Assembly (NCBI GenBank): GCA_018648655.1
Contig: JABGQV010000091.1
Location: 1 to 59,153 of the forward strand
From: Anaerolineae bacterium
Lineage (GTDB): Bacteria; Chloroflexota; Anaerolineae; Anaerolineales; Villigracilaceae
Direction of reading: 5' to 3'
Length of the DNA: 59,153 nt
This document shows positions 49,695 to 58,902 of this stretch, one piece after another. The position numbers and the translations under genes are program-made. Every line of letters starts with the position of its first letter. Positions within the stretch are counted from its first letter, which is position 1. The notes beneath the pieces are model-generated. The model was given only the letters and a program-made list of their open reading frames with translations, had not been told where the DNA came from and did not search any database.

Positions 49695-49740
49695 TAAACA
49701 GGGAAGGGGCTTTTATGCCTTACCTTTATTTTATTTAACC

Positions 49741-50748
49741 ATGAAAACATCCTCCTTCAACTATCACCTCCCTCAAGAATCTATCGCGCAGACACCCGTA
49801 GAGCCACGCGATTCATCGCGCTTGCTTGTTTTGCACCGTGAAAGCGGCAAAATTGAGCATCGTCATTTTAGCGATATTGGCGATTATCTCAGTCCAAACG
49901 ATATTCTCGTTGTTAACCAAACGCGCGTTATCCCGGCACGCATTTATGCTAAGAAAGAAACTGGCGGCAAAGTAGAATTGCTTCTTCTCCGTCAAGAAGA
50001 TGAATTAACATGGCGCGCCCTCGTTGGTGGAAAAGGGCTAAAAGTTGGCAAAAAAGTGATTATAGAAAATGCTTGCCACGCCGAAATCATCGAAGTGCTC
50101 GAAGGCGCACAACGTCTCATCCGTTTTGATGAGCCGATTGAGCCATTCTTTCCGCACATCGGAAATGTGCCGCTCCCGCCTTATATCCACGCGAAACTCG
50201 AAGACCCGGAACGCTATCAAACGGTCTACGCGCAAGAGCCGGGGTCGGCTGCTGCGCCAACTGCGGGACTTCATTTCACGCCGCGTCTGCTCGCCGAACT
50301 CAACGAAAAAGGTATCAATTGCGCCGAAGTCACGCTCCACGTTGGGTTGGATACTTTTGCGCCAGTCACCGAAGATGATGTCGAAGAGCATCATATCCAC
50401 ACCGAGTGGTGCCAGCTTACGCCCGAGACTGCACAGAAAATCACCAACACAAAACAAGCTGGGGGCAGGGTCGTCGCGGTCGGCACCACATCCGTTCGCA
50501 CGCTCGAATCCGCATCCCAAACGGGCGTAACGCTCCCCACGAGCGGCGCGACATCCCTCTTCATTCTGCCCGGCTATGAATTTCAGGCAGTTGATATAAT
50601 GATTACAAATTTCCATCTTCCTAAATCTACACTCGTGATGTTGGTGAGTGCTTTTGCCGAGCGAGAAATGATTTTGAACGCCTACGAGACCGCGATTAGA
50701 GAAGGCTATAGATTTTATTCCTTTGGCGATGCGATGATAATTTTATGA
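49741..50748 (+). CDS. queA: S-adenosylmethionine:tRNA ribosyltransferase-isomerase
   Basis: 335 aa. FNYHLPQESIAQ, SRLLV, AAPTAGLHFT, VGTTSVRTLES and NFHLPKSTL. Confidence 0.95.
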   Translation: MKTSSFNYHLPQESIAQTPVEPRDSSRLLVLHRESGKIEHRHFSDIGDYLSPNDILVVNQTRVIPARIYAKKETGGKVELLLLRQEDELTWRALVGGKGLKVGKKVIIENACHAEIIEVLEGAQRLIRFDEPIEPFFPHIGNVPLPPYIHAKLEDPERYQTVYAQEPGSAAAPTAGLHFTPRLLAELNEKGINCAEVTLHVGLDTFAPVTEDDVEEHHIHTEWCQLTPETAQKITNTKQAGGRVVAVGTTSVRTLESASQTGVTLPTSGATSLFILPGYEFQAVDIMITNFHLPKSTLVMLVSAFAEREMILNAYETAIREGYRFYSFGDAMIIL

Positions 50749-51932
50749 CTGAAAAACGATATTTTGACGACCCGATGACGACTGAATTTACTGCCGAGAT
50801 TGTGGGAACGCGGCGGGACGAACGTGGTTTTGGCGTGATTCTGCCCTTTACCTTTTTCTACCCAACTGGCGGAGGCCAGTCTAACGACACTGGCACAATT
50901 GGTGTGGCGCGCGTGGTGGACGTTTTCTACGATCGAGACGATATTGTGCATCTCCTAGACCGTGAAATTGAATTGGGCAAATATCCCGCAAAAATTGATT
51001 GGGATAGACGTTTGGCAAATATGCAACACCACTCTGGGCAGCATATTCTTTCGGCAGTTTTTTGGAAAACTTTGAATTTAGAGACAATTTCGTCTCATAT
51101 TAGCGGGGATTCTCCTTCGACCATTGATTTTGAAGTGAATTCACTTTCAGACAAAGAAATTCTGCACGTAGAGCAAAAAGCAAACCAGCTTATCTTTGAA
51201 AATCGCATAATGAGAGCGTATTTTGTAGAGAATAAAGAGAGCGTTCCTTTTCGCAGATTGCCAAAAGTAGATGGTGAAATTCGTGTCATTGAAATTGAAG
51301 ACTATGATTTCTCAGCTTGTGGCGGGACACATGTTCTACAAACGGGCATGATTGGCAGTTTGAAAATCGTGCGCACGGAGCGTGTGAATAAAAAAATACG
51401 TATCCATTTTGTAACGGGAAGACAAGCCCTAGCTTCTTTTGAGCAATTCCAATATGCTGCCCAAAATACAGCTAATTTGCTCAAAGTTGGTGTAGATGAG
51501 ATTTCTGTCTATGTAGAAAATTTACAGATGCAACTCAAAGATGCACAAAAAGAATTGAAAACCCTGCGTGAGTTTTCTTTAGATGTTGAAGTTGAAAACA
51601 TGGTACAACATGCTGAAAAAGTGGGAGAGATTTGGATAGTTACAAAACTTTTTGAAAACCGTAATCCCGCAGAATTGCGCGCCTTAGCAATGAAATCACG
51701 AAATTACCCTAATATCGTGGCTCTTTTAGCATCCTTTGACGGTGAAAAACTCTCGTTGGTGACAAGCTGTGCAGAGGGGATTTCAGTTAGCGCAAATGAT
51801 TTGCTCCAAAAACATCTTGCCCCTTTTAATCTGCGTGGTGGCGGGGATAAATCTATTGCTCAGGGTGGGGGTGTTGCAGATGGTGTGGATGAGATTTTTA
51901 AGAGTACAGTTGAGATAGTGCAAAACTCATAA
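50745..51932 (+). CDS. AlaX-L-type alanyl-tRNA editing protein (SAD + DHHA1-like)
   Basis: 395 aa. ATGA overlap with the queA stop. HSGQHIL and CGGTHV zinc motifs of the Ala/Thr-tRNA second additional domain. C-terminal GGG...AQGG is DHHA1-like. Confidence 0.8.
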   Translation: MTEKRYFDDPMTTEFTAEIVGTRRDERGFGVILPFTFFYPTGGGQSNDTGTIGVARVVDVFYDRDDIVHLLDREIELGKYPAKIDWDRRLANMQHHSGQHILSAVFWKTLNLETISSHISGDSPSTIDFEVNSLSDKEILHVEQKANQLIFENRIMRAYFVENKESVPFRRLPKVDGEIRVIEIEDYDFSACGGTHVLQTGMIGSLKIVRTERVNKKIRIHFVTGRQALASFEQFQYAAQNTANLLKVGVDEISVYVENLQMQLKDAQKELKTLREFSLDVEVENMVQHAEKVGEIWIVTKLFENRNPAELRALAMKSRNYPNIVALLASFDGEKLSLVTSCAEGISVSANDLLQKHLAPFNLRGGGDKSIAQGGGVADGVDEIFKSTVEIVQNS

Positions 51933-52004
51933 TTTTTCTTAAGACGAAGGCCACAAAGAAGCACAAAGAAAACTTGTGACCTTTGTGTTTAATTCGAGAG
52001 CAAT

Positions 52005-52664
52005 ATGGATAACCTAAAAGAACTTACCAAAGAAATCATCGCCTGCCGTCAATGCCCACGTCTTGTGGAATGGCGTGAAGAAGTTGCTCTCGTTAAACGT
52101 AAAGCCTATCTTAATCATGAATATTGGGGAAAACCAGTGCCCGGATTTGGTGACCCGCATGCAGAGATTATGGTCGTGGGCTTAGCCCCCGGCGCACATG
52201 GCTCCAACCGCACAGGACGCGGATTTACAGGTGATGGCTCTGGCGATTTTCTTTTCCCAGCCCTCCATCGAGCGGGATTTGCCAATCAGCCCGACGCCAC
52301 CGCCTGTGACGATGGCTTGCTCCTGACCAATATGTGGATCACCTCCGTTGGACGCTGTGCCCCACCCAAAAATAAACCCACTGCTGTCGAGCTAAATATC
52401 TGCCAGCCCTTTTTGGAACGTGAGATTGAGATTCTTCAACCAAAGGTCTTGGTTGCCTTCGGGCGTATTGCTTTTGATAGATTGCTAAAAGTCTATAATC
52501 TGCGCAAAAAGAATTATGCTTTCTCACATGGGGCACTCCACAAACTTCCCAGTGGAGAATGGTTGCTCGTCTCCTATCACCCCAGCCGTCAAAACACGCA
52601 GACAGGAAGACTCACTGCTGAAATGTTTGACTCTATATGGCAAAAAACGCACGAGTTACTCTAA
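52005..52664 (+). CDS. uracil-DNA glycosylase, family 5 (UdgB)-like
   Basis: 219 aa. N-terminal CRQCPRL (Fe-S Cys). MVVGLAPGAHGSNRTGRGFTGD matches the family-5 GLAPxxHGxNRTGRxFTGD pattern. HPS near the C-terminus. Confidence 0.8.
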   Translation: MDNLKELTKEIIACRQCPRLVEWREEVALVKRKAYLNHEYWGKPVPGFGDPHAEIMVVGLAPGAHGSNRTGRGFTGDGSGDFLFPALHRAGFANQPDATACDDGLLLTNMWITSVGRCAPPKNKPTAVELNICQPFLEREIEILQPKVLVAFGRIAFDRLLKVYNLRKKNYAFSHGALHKLPSGEWLLVSYHPSRQNTQTGRLTAEMFDSIWQKTHELL

Positions 52665-52715
52665 TCCTAATTTCCTCTTTCCCTTCTTCTTTACAAATTC
52701 AAAAGGTAAAACCCT

Positions 52716-53747
52716 ATGCTCGGAAAAATAGCCTTTCTCGGTTCTGGCGAAACCTCCCTCGCGGGTGGACGAATCTTTGAGAGTATTATCAAAGAAATAG
52801 ACCACCCTCCCCAAATTGCCATTATGGAAACCGCAGCGGGATTTGAACTCAACTCCGCGCAGGTTGCTCAAAAAGTGGGGGACTATCTCCAAACCCGCCT
52901 ACAAAACTATAAACCCGAAATTCATATCATCCCCGCCCGCAAACGCGGCACAAAATTTAGTCCTGATAACGCTGAAATTCTCTCTCCGCTCCTCACCACC
53001 GATCTGATCTTCATGGGCCCCGGTAGCCCCACTTACGCCGTGCGTCAACTCGAAAATAGCCTTGCCTGGGATCTAATCCGTGCGCGTCATCGACGCGGTG
53101 CCGCGCTTATTTTCTCTAGCGCGGCTACCATCGCGATTGGCGCACAGGCTCTCCCCGTTTACGAAATTTTCAAAGTTGGCGAAGATATTCATAGCAAGCC
53201 CGCACTCAATCTTTTTGCCGATTTTCACCTACCCCTTTCCTTCATCCCACATTGGAATAACGCCGAAGGCGGCGCAGATCTCGATACCAGCCGTTGCTTT
53301 GTCGGGCGTCAGCGTTTCGACCGTTGGCGTAAGCAACTTCCGCTCAACCAAATAATTCTTGGCTTAGACGAGCATACGGGCATTATCCTTGATTTTGAAA
53401 CGCAAAAATGCCGAATTAGCGGTGTCAGCTCTATAACAATCTGCGATGGTAAAGAGACCGAGATTTACCCCGCAGGGGCAGAATTTGGAATAGATAAACT
53501 TGGCACACTAAATATCCCTAATTTGGATGAAGGCATCTCTGCAACCGCTCTAGATTTCCTCCGTAACACCCCTGACCTGGAACCTGATACCGTTATTCCA
53601 GCAGAAGTCCTCACCCTAGTCGAATACCGCCAAAAAGCCCGCGCCATCAAAGAATTTGCAGAATCTGACCGTCTGCGTGACCAAATCGCCGCCCTCGGCT
53701 GGGAGGTGCAAGACACTTCCAATGGGCAAGAGTTGGTGAAGAAATAG
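52716..53747 (+). CDS. hypothetical protein: S51-peptidase/cyanophycinase-like N-domain + CysRS-type C-terminal helical tail
   Basis: 343 aa. IAFLGSGE..., LIFMGPGSPTYAVRQL...GAALIFSSAATIAIG (S51-like layout). The C-terminus VLTLVEYRQKARAIKEFAESDRLRDQIAALGWEVQDTSNGQELV resembles the extreme C-terminus of cysteinyl-tRNA synthetase. Confidence 0.6.
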   Translation: MLGKIAFLGSGETSLAGGRIFESIIKEIDHPPQIAIMETAAGFELNSAQVAQKVGDYLQTRLQNYKPEIHIIPARKRGTKFSPDNAEILSPLLTTDLIFMGPGSPTYAVRQLENSLAWDLIRARHRRGAALIFSSAATIAIGAQALPVYEIFKVGEDIHSKPALNLFADFHLPLSFIPHWNNAEGGADLDTSRCFVGRQRFDRWRKQLPLNQIILGLDEHTGIILDFETQKCRISGVSSITICDGKETEIYPAGAEFGIDKLGTLNIPNLDEGISATALDFLRNTPDLEPDTVIPAEVLTLVEYRQKARAIKEFAESDRLRDQIAALGWEVQDTSNGQELVKK

Positions 53748-53810
53748 AATCAAGAACTGCATTGCACCTGCTTTTGGTACGTTGCAATTCGATTTGGAAA
53801 ATGTAAACTT

Positions 53811-53850
53811 GATGTGCAACGCATCTTTCAGATGCAACGCACATCTTTCT
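53811..53850 (+). repeat. tandem ~20-nt direct repeat abutting the ATG of the kinase/aminotransferase fusion gene
   Basis: GATGTGCAACGCATCTTTCA / GATGCAACGCACATCTTTCT. A further GTTGCAAT half-site lies at 53782-53789. Confidence 0.5.
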
Positions 53851-56175
53851 ATGGAGCTCCCCATGCCCCTCCCTCCCCTCAACGCAAAACATGCTATCGA
53901 ACTTGCCTCCGAATATTATGGCTTAATCGCCGAAGCGAAACCCCTCCCCGGCGATATTGACCGCAATTTTCTGCTTTCTACACAAAGCGACAAATTAACC
54001 CTGAAAATCCACGAGCTAGAAACGCAGCGCGAAGAAATTGAATTTCAGCACGCTGCCCTCCAGCACCTGAGCGGATTTGGTGGTGTGCCACATATTATCC
54101 CAAACAAAGATGGGGAGATGATTTTTAGAATCTCCCACGATGGAGATAATTACCTTGTACGGATGGTTAGCTATTTAGAGGGAAATCTCTTAGAAAATAT
54201 TATTCCCAAACCTTCGAATCTTTTGCATGGGCTTGGCTCGTTCATTGCACAGCTTGATCTTGCTCTCGTTGATTTCACGCACTCTGCTATGCAGCGAGAA
54301 GAGCCACTTTGGGATTTATCGCTGGCTCATCTCGTTATTGAGCCACGCTTGGGTATCATCGCTACCTCCGAAAGGCAAGATTTAGCATCTCAAGTTGTGG
54401 AACGCTTTAAAAGACGTGTCTTGCCTGTTCTGCCCGATTTATATCAGCAAGTCATTCATTGCGACGCTAATACGCAAAATCTCCTTGTGGAAGATGGCAT
54501 GATTAGCGCTATCTTTGATTTTGGTGATATGAGATATGCCCCACGCATCTTTGAAGTAGCAATTTGTGCGGCTTATGCGCTGCTCGGCGAAGAGAATCCG
54601 CTTGAGGCTGTGGCACATCTTGTGGCGGGATACCACAGCTTAATCCCGCTGACGGTGACGGAGATTTCTTTGCTATACGATTTGATCTGCGCGCGGCTGG
54701 CGGTTAGTGCATCCATCTCATCTGAACGGGAAGGGGATGACCGTTATGATGCTTATCACCAGACTCATGCAAAACCCGCTTGGGAGGCGTTAGTGAAGTT
54801 ATTATCGGTAAATGCCGAAGATGCGACGTCGATTATCGGGTCGATGTGTCCGCCAAGAAATGTTAGTTTAATGGAAGCAAGCCCAAAACGGGTGCGGCTC
54901 ACGCCGCAGGCGATCATCCAAAAAAGAGAAAAGAATCTCAGTCTTGCCTTGAGTTTATCTTATGAAAATCCGCTCTATATTGTGCGTGGGCAGGGGCAAT
55001 TTTTATACGATACAGAGGGGGAAAGTTATCTGGATTGTGTGAATAATGTTTGCCACGTTGGGCATTCGCACCCGCGTGTTGTAGCGGTGTTGGCAGGGCA
55101 GGCGGCGGCATTGAATACGAATACGCGCTATTTGCACGAGAATATCGTGCGGCTGGCGGAGCGGGTCACGACGACCATGCCTGAGCCCTTATCCGTGTGT
55201 TTTTTCGTCAATTCGGGCAGCGAGGCGAACGACCTTGCGCTGCGACTGGCGCGGGCCTATACCAGCGAGCGGGATATGCTCGTTTTGGATGGGGCGTATC
55301 ACGGGAATTTGTCGAGTTTGGTGGAGATTTCGCCTTATAAATTTGATGGCAAGGGCGGTACAGGCGCGCCATCTTGGGTGCATAAATTGAGCGTGCCCTG
55401 TAATTATCGTGGCGAGTTTCGGGATGCTGAAAAGCCTGTGGCGCGTTATATAGAGCAGGCGCAAGAGAAAATTGATGCGGCGAGAGGTATTGCGGCCTTT
55501 ATTAGCGAGGCGATAATTGGCACGGGCGGGCAAATCGTTTTTCCTGAAGGCTATTTGGCGCAAATTTATGAGCGGACGCGCGCGGTGGGCGGCATTTGCA
55601 TCGCCGATGAAGTTCAAAACGGGTTTGGGCGTTTTGGCACACATTTCTGGGGTTTTCAGAGTCACGGCGTTGTGCCAGATATCGTCACGATGGGCAAGCC
55701 AATGGGCAATGGACATCCGCTGGCGGCGGTGGTCACGCGCCCAGAAATTGCGGCCGCATTCAATAACGGGATGGAATATTTCAACACCTTTGGTGGCAAT
55801 CCCGTTTCTTGTGCTGTAGGTCTTGCTGTGCTGGATGTGATCGAAGATGAAAACTTGCAGGAAAATGCGCTCCACGTAGGCGCAAAACTTAAGGCGGGAT
55901 TATTGGAACTCAAAGCTCGCTACCCCTTAATCGGCGATGTGCGCGGCGAGGGGCTTTTTCTCGGCATCGAACTTGTGCGGGATCGTTCTACGCTCGAACC
56001 TGCTTCCGCTGAAACGCATCGGATTGTCGAGGAAATGCGAAACCGGCAAATCTTGCTCAGCATAGATGGTCCCTTGTATAATGTCATCAAGATCAAGCCG
56101 CCGATTGTGTTTAATGAGGGAGATGCGGCGAGGTTGGTAAGAGAGTTGGATTCAGTGATGGGCAAGTTGTTTTAA
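53851..56175 (+). CDS. fusion: APH/hydroxylysine-kinase-like phosphotransferase + class-III aminotransferase-fold (phospho-lyase clade-like) domain
   Basis: Start at ATG 53851 (or 53863); track start is TTG 53782. Kinase part: [19 protein letters not shown] and FDFGDM. Aminotransferase part: [39 protein letters not shown] and [10 protein letters not shown]. Confidence 0.85.
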   Translation: MELPMPLPPLNAKHAIELASEYYGLIAEAKPLPGDIDRNFLLSTQSDKLTLKIHELETQREEIEFQHAALQHLSGFGGVPHIIPNKDGEMIFRISHDGDNYLVRMVSYLEGNLLENIIPKPSNLLHGLGSFIAQLDLALVDFTHSAMQREEPLWDLSLAHLVIEPRLGIIATSERQDLASQVVERFKRRVLPVLPDLYQQVIHCDANTQNLLVEDGMISAIFDFGDMRYAPRIFEVAICAAYALLGEENPLEAVAHLVAGYHSLIPLTVTEISLLYDLICARLAVSASISSEREGDDRYDAYHQTHAKPAWEALVKLLSVNAEDATSIIGSMCPPRNVSLMEASPKRVRLTPQAIIQKREKNLSLALSLSYENPLYIVRGQGQFLYDTEGESYLDCVNNVCHVGHSHPRVVAVLAGQAAALNTNTRYLHENIVRLAERVTTTMPEPLSVCFFVNSGSEANDLALRLARAYTSERDMLVLDGAYHGNLSSLVEISPYKFDGKGGTGAPSWVHKLSVPCNYRGEFRDAEKPVARYIEQAQEKIDAARGIAAFISEAIIGTGGQIVFPEGYLAQIYERTRAVGGICIADEVQNGFGRFGTHFWGFQSHGVVPDIVTMGKPMGNGHPLAAVVTRPEIAAAFNNGMEYFNTFGGNPVSCAVGLAVLDVIEDENLQENALHVGAKLKAGLLELKARYPLIGDVRGEGLFLGIELVRDRSTLEPASAETHRIVEEMRNRQILLSIDGPLYNVIKIKPPIVFNEGDAARLVRELDSVMGKLF

Positions 56176-56338
56176 ACACCAAGGTCACGCAAGTACACAA
56201 AGTTTAAGAGCTTTTCCCTTCGTGTTATAACGACCTTAGATTGGGATATAAGTGATGGTGGAATTTAACCCGTAAAGTAACACAAAATAGCATTAAAAAT
56301 ATATCCTTGCATTCTGCAAGTATGCGCACAGTAAGTTT

Positions 56339-56743
56339 TTATGCCCTTAGTGGCTCTGTAGCTTTCCCCCATATTTTACTAAAGCCAAAACTAACCCCAA
56401 AAGCTATTGCCATACCCGCAATAATGCCTGCTAAAATACCCCAAATTGCCCCCACGTAAGCGCCTACAAGCCTGCCGAAGAAAATGGCAAAGCCCATTAC
56501 CAAAGCCACACCGAGTAAATCAATAAATGTGTTGCGAAGAAACTCAGTGCGGGTTATTTCTTCTCTTTTATAGCTTTGCCAATTGCCATGTACAGTAAGA
56601 ATAATGGCAGTCCCAACACTGAAAACGATAATTATGCTCGAAAGCGTGCGCGCAGAAGGTGGGTAAAAGAATAGCGCGATTAGTAGGGCAATGAGGAGCA
56701 GGGTGGAGATGGTGGGGGCGTGGTTTTGGAGGGGTTTTAGCAT
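56339..56743 (-). CDS. small 4-TM membrane protein
   Basis: 134 aa, four hydrophobic helices, 34 nt downstream of the FGE-like gene on the same strand. No family recognised. Confidence 0.55.
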   Translation of the reverse strand: MLKPLQNHAPTISTLLLIALLIALFFYPPSARTLSSIIIVFSVGTAIILTVHGNWQSYKREEITRTEFLRNTFIDLLGVALVMGFAIFFGRLVGAYVGAIWGILAGIIAGMAIAFGVSFGFSKIWGKATEPLRA

Positions 56744-56777
56744 TTTCAGGCCTTCTTATTTTCTTGATACTACCTTT

Positions 56778-57638
56778 TTATGGAGACCAAGCGCACCTTA
56801 CGCCAGAATAATAGTCTCGATATTCGAAATGTACGAGGTTTCTTGCAAAGGTGCGTACATTGTATGGATTGGAAAAGGCACTATCCCCACGGAGGATACG
56901 CCCACAATCAGCATCACCTGTTGCTAATGGGTTGACACTCTCGTCGCCAACTTGCGAATAGAAGTCTTCAATGTAGCAATCCTGTACCCATTCACTTACA
57001 TTGCCAGCCATGTCATAAGCACCATAGGGGCTGATACCTTTCGCGTAACTTCCAACGGGGAAAATATATCCGTTGCCACATCTCGGTCCAATATTAACGA
57101 GGCCATAATTTGCATAAGAACAATCAATTTCATTCCCCCAAGGGTATATGCGTTCGTCTGTTCCCCGCGCAGCTTTTTCCCATTCGGCTTCGGTTGGCAA
57201 TCGCGTCCCACGCCATTCACAGTAATTCTGGGCATCCTGCCAACTCAGATACATGACTGGCGATTTCGCGATATTCTCTTTATCGGGGTATAAACGCATT
57301 CTTCTTTCTTCACGTTCCAAAGATGCACAGATACTATCATTCACACAAGCTTGATATTCGGCGTTGGTTATTTCATACTTGTCGATGTAATAGGCACTGA
57401 GGTAGACAATATGGGCAGGGGTTTCATCTTCAGCTTCACCTTCGTGTGTATATTCCAATTCATCAGGATTTACTCCCATAGTGAACTCCCCTTCGGGTAC
57501 TAGAACCATTTCCACACCGTACGCATCTTTCCTGTTTTTTTGTGGGAATAGGCTCTCACCGCTTATGCATCCAGTCAATACCATAACGAAAGAAACAAAG
57601 ACAATGCATTTTTTTCTGAAGATTGTGTTGATACCCAT
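56778..57638 (-). CDS. formylglycine-generating-enzyme (SUMF1/FGE-sulfatase) domain lipoprotein
   Basis: Start placed at ATG 57638 (AAGGAGAA SD; track start 57695 overlaps the upstream gene). Lipobox VLTGCIS. MVLVPEGEFTMG, YYIDKYEITNAEY, WQDAQNYCEW..RLPTEAEWEKAARG, NVSEWV and RG..., the C-terminal GVRCA. Confidence 0.85.
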   Translation of the reverse strand: MGINTIFRKKCIVFVSFVMVLTGCISGESLFPQKNRKDAYGVEMVLVPEGEFTMGVNPDELEYTHEGEAEDETPAHIVYLSAYYIDKYEITNAEYQACVNDSICASLEREERRMRLYPDKENIAKSPVMYLSWQDAQNYCEWRGTRLPTEAEWEKAARGTDERIYPWGNEIDCSYANYGLVNIGPRCGNGYIFPVGSYAKGISPYGAYDMAGNVSEWVQDCYIEDFYSQVGDESVNPLATGDADCGRILRGDSAFSNPYNVRTFARNLVHFEYRDYYSGVRCAWSP

Positions 57639-57657
57639 TTTTTCTCCTTGAATTAGT

Positions 57658-58902
57658 TTACTCGCAATCAACATGCCTTTCCGTGATTTCACCAACCTGC
57701 TCTACCGATACCCAATCTCCTGAAGGCAATTGTTCAGCAATATGCAGAGTGAGCGTACCTCCATTTTCAATGTACATGGTATGTACCAACTCATCATTGA
57801 CGTTTACTTCATGAACTGAAACAAAGACACCTTCCTCTACTTCAATTGGTGGATCACCGTGTGCTTCTACTGGAGGTTGATTTTCCATACCATATACAGG
57901 CTGCTCCAGATAATTCCCTACCCAGGCATTCGCAACATATTCTTGAGCTGGGCTTTCAAGTTCTTGTGACCCGATCTCTTGAAAGGCGTAATGTATATCA
58001 TCAGGAGGAGCATCTTGAAAGCCGATAGGGATTAAACATTCGGATAATCCTCCAGTATCAACTGGCTCTACTGAAATACCAGTGTCCTCTTGTCCTTGTT
58101 GTAAAACACTCTTCCAAGTATCTAACCAACCAAAAATTTTATCTAAAAGGGTTTCCTCCTCTTGGTTATTTTCAGCCTGTGATAACGTCTCGTCTTCTTC
58201 CTGCGCTATGACCGCCCTACTAGCTGCTACCATATCCGCTTCCTTCCAATCGGCGAGGGTTTGTTCTTGCTCTAATTGCTTTTCCTTTGCCATTCTCGCT
58301 TGCACCTCAGCAAGACTTGGTTCAGGTGGTGATGGAGGCGGATTAAGAAGTTGCTCTTTGAAATTCAGTGCCTTTTCTTTCCAAGTCTCTTTGCGGATAA
58401 TACGCTCTTTCTTCACTTCATATTCTATCGCACCATTTGCATCCCATCTGGCTTGTCTTGCTTGTTTTTTCTTCCATTCTTTTTCACTCAACCCGCTTTT
58501 CTCACGTAGCTTCTCATCTTTTTTCTTTTCTTCTTTATGAAGAATGCTCGCTACTTTGGCTTTTACTTGTGCGGCTCTTTCTTTGCGTATCTCGCGTATA
58601 TATGCGCCTAAAGTCCCCGCTTTTTCAGCAGCGCGTCTTTTGGTATGGTTGCTATTATTATTTTGTGCACGTTTTTCACGCGCTTCTGCTTCTTTTCTCT
58701 TCTTCTCTGCAATCACAGCGTTAAAAGCACCCAATGCCGCCGCGGCGGCTACACCCCATAATATATTGGGGTTTGTGTCTTGTCCGGTCCCTGAGCTTGT
58801 CGAAGGGGGTAGGTTAAAGAAGGAGAAAAAGCCGTTATTTTCTTCTGTCTCTCTTGGTTCTGGTGGTAGAAAAACAAAAGGTGTTTGCGTAGCGGTAGGC
58901 AC
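57658..58902 (-). CDS. single-TM, K/E-rich (coiled-coil-like) protein; the true N-terminus probably lies upstream or off-window
   Basis: 414 aa from GTG 58902. TM ILWGVAAAAALGAFNAVIA, then about 200 aa of Lys/Glu/Arg-rich sequence and an acidic C-terminal domain. The same frame stays open and coding-like up to 59118 (see finding). Confidence 0.55.
   Translation of the reverse strand: MPTATQTPFVFLPPEPRETEENNGFFSFFNLPPSTSSGTGQDTNPNILWGVAAAAALGAFNAVIAEKKRKEAEAREKRAQNNNSNHTKRRAAEKAGTLGAYIREIRKERAAQVKAKVASILHKEEKKKDEKLREKSGLSEKEWKKKQARQARWDANGAIEYEVKKERIIRKETWKEKALNFKEQLLNPPPSPPEPSLAEVQARMAKEKQLEQEQTLADWKEADMVAASRAVIAQEEDETLSQAENNQEEETLLDKIFGWLDTWKSVLQQGQEDTGISVEPVDTGGLSECLIPIGFQDAPPDDIHYAFQEIGSQELESPAQEYVANAWVGNYLEQPVYGMENQPPVEAHGDPPIEVEEGVFVSVHEVNVNDELVHTMYIENGGTLTLHIAEQLPSGDWVSVEQVGEITERHVDCE

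Noticed and set aside
55189-55875. 228-aa antisense ORF inside the aminotransferase-fold domain. Similar cases are 50038-50616 (in queA), 36756-37244 (in gap) and 19250-19636 (in the DUF4956 gene).
   Set aside because: Each is embedded in a gene whose sense frame carries strong family motifs. The antisense products are Arg/Cys/His-rich nonsense with no SD.
56778-57638. The FGE/C-type-lectin-fold protein as a diversity-generating retroelement (DGR) target. Its C-terminal RGDSAFSNPYNVRTFARN...YYSGVRCA deviates from the usual RGGSW...GFRCA.
   Set aside because: There is no reverse transcriptase gene and no template-repeat copy of the 3' ~120 nt anywhere in the window. Many non-DGR FGE-domain proteins exist. 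It is only worth revisiting if an RT/TR is found elsewhere in the genome.
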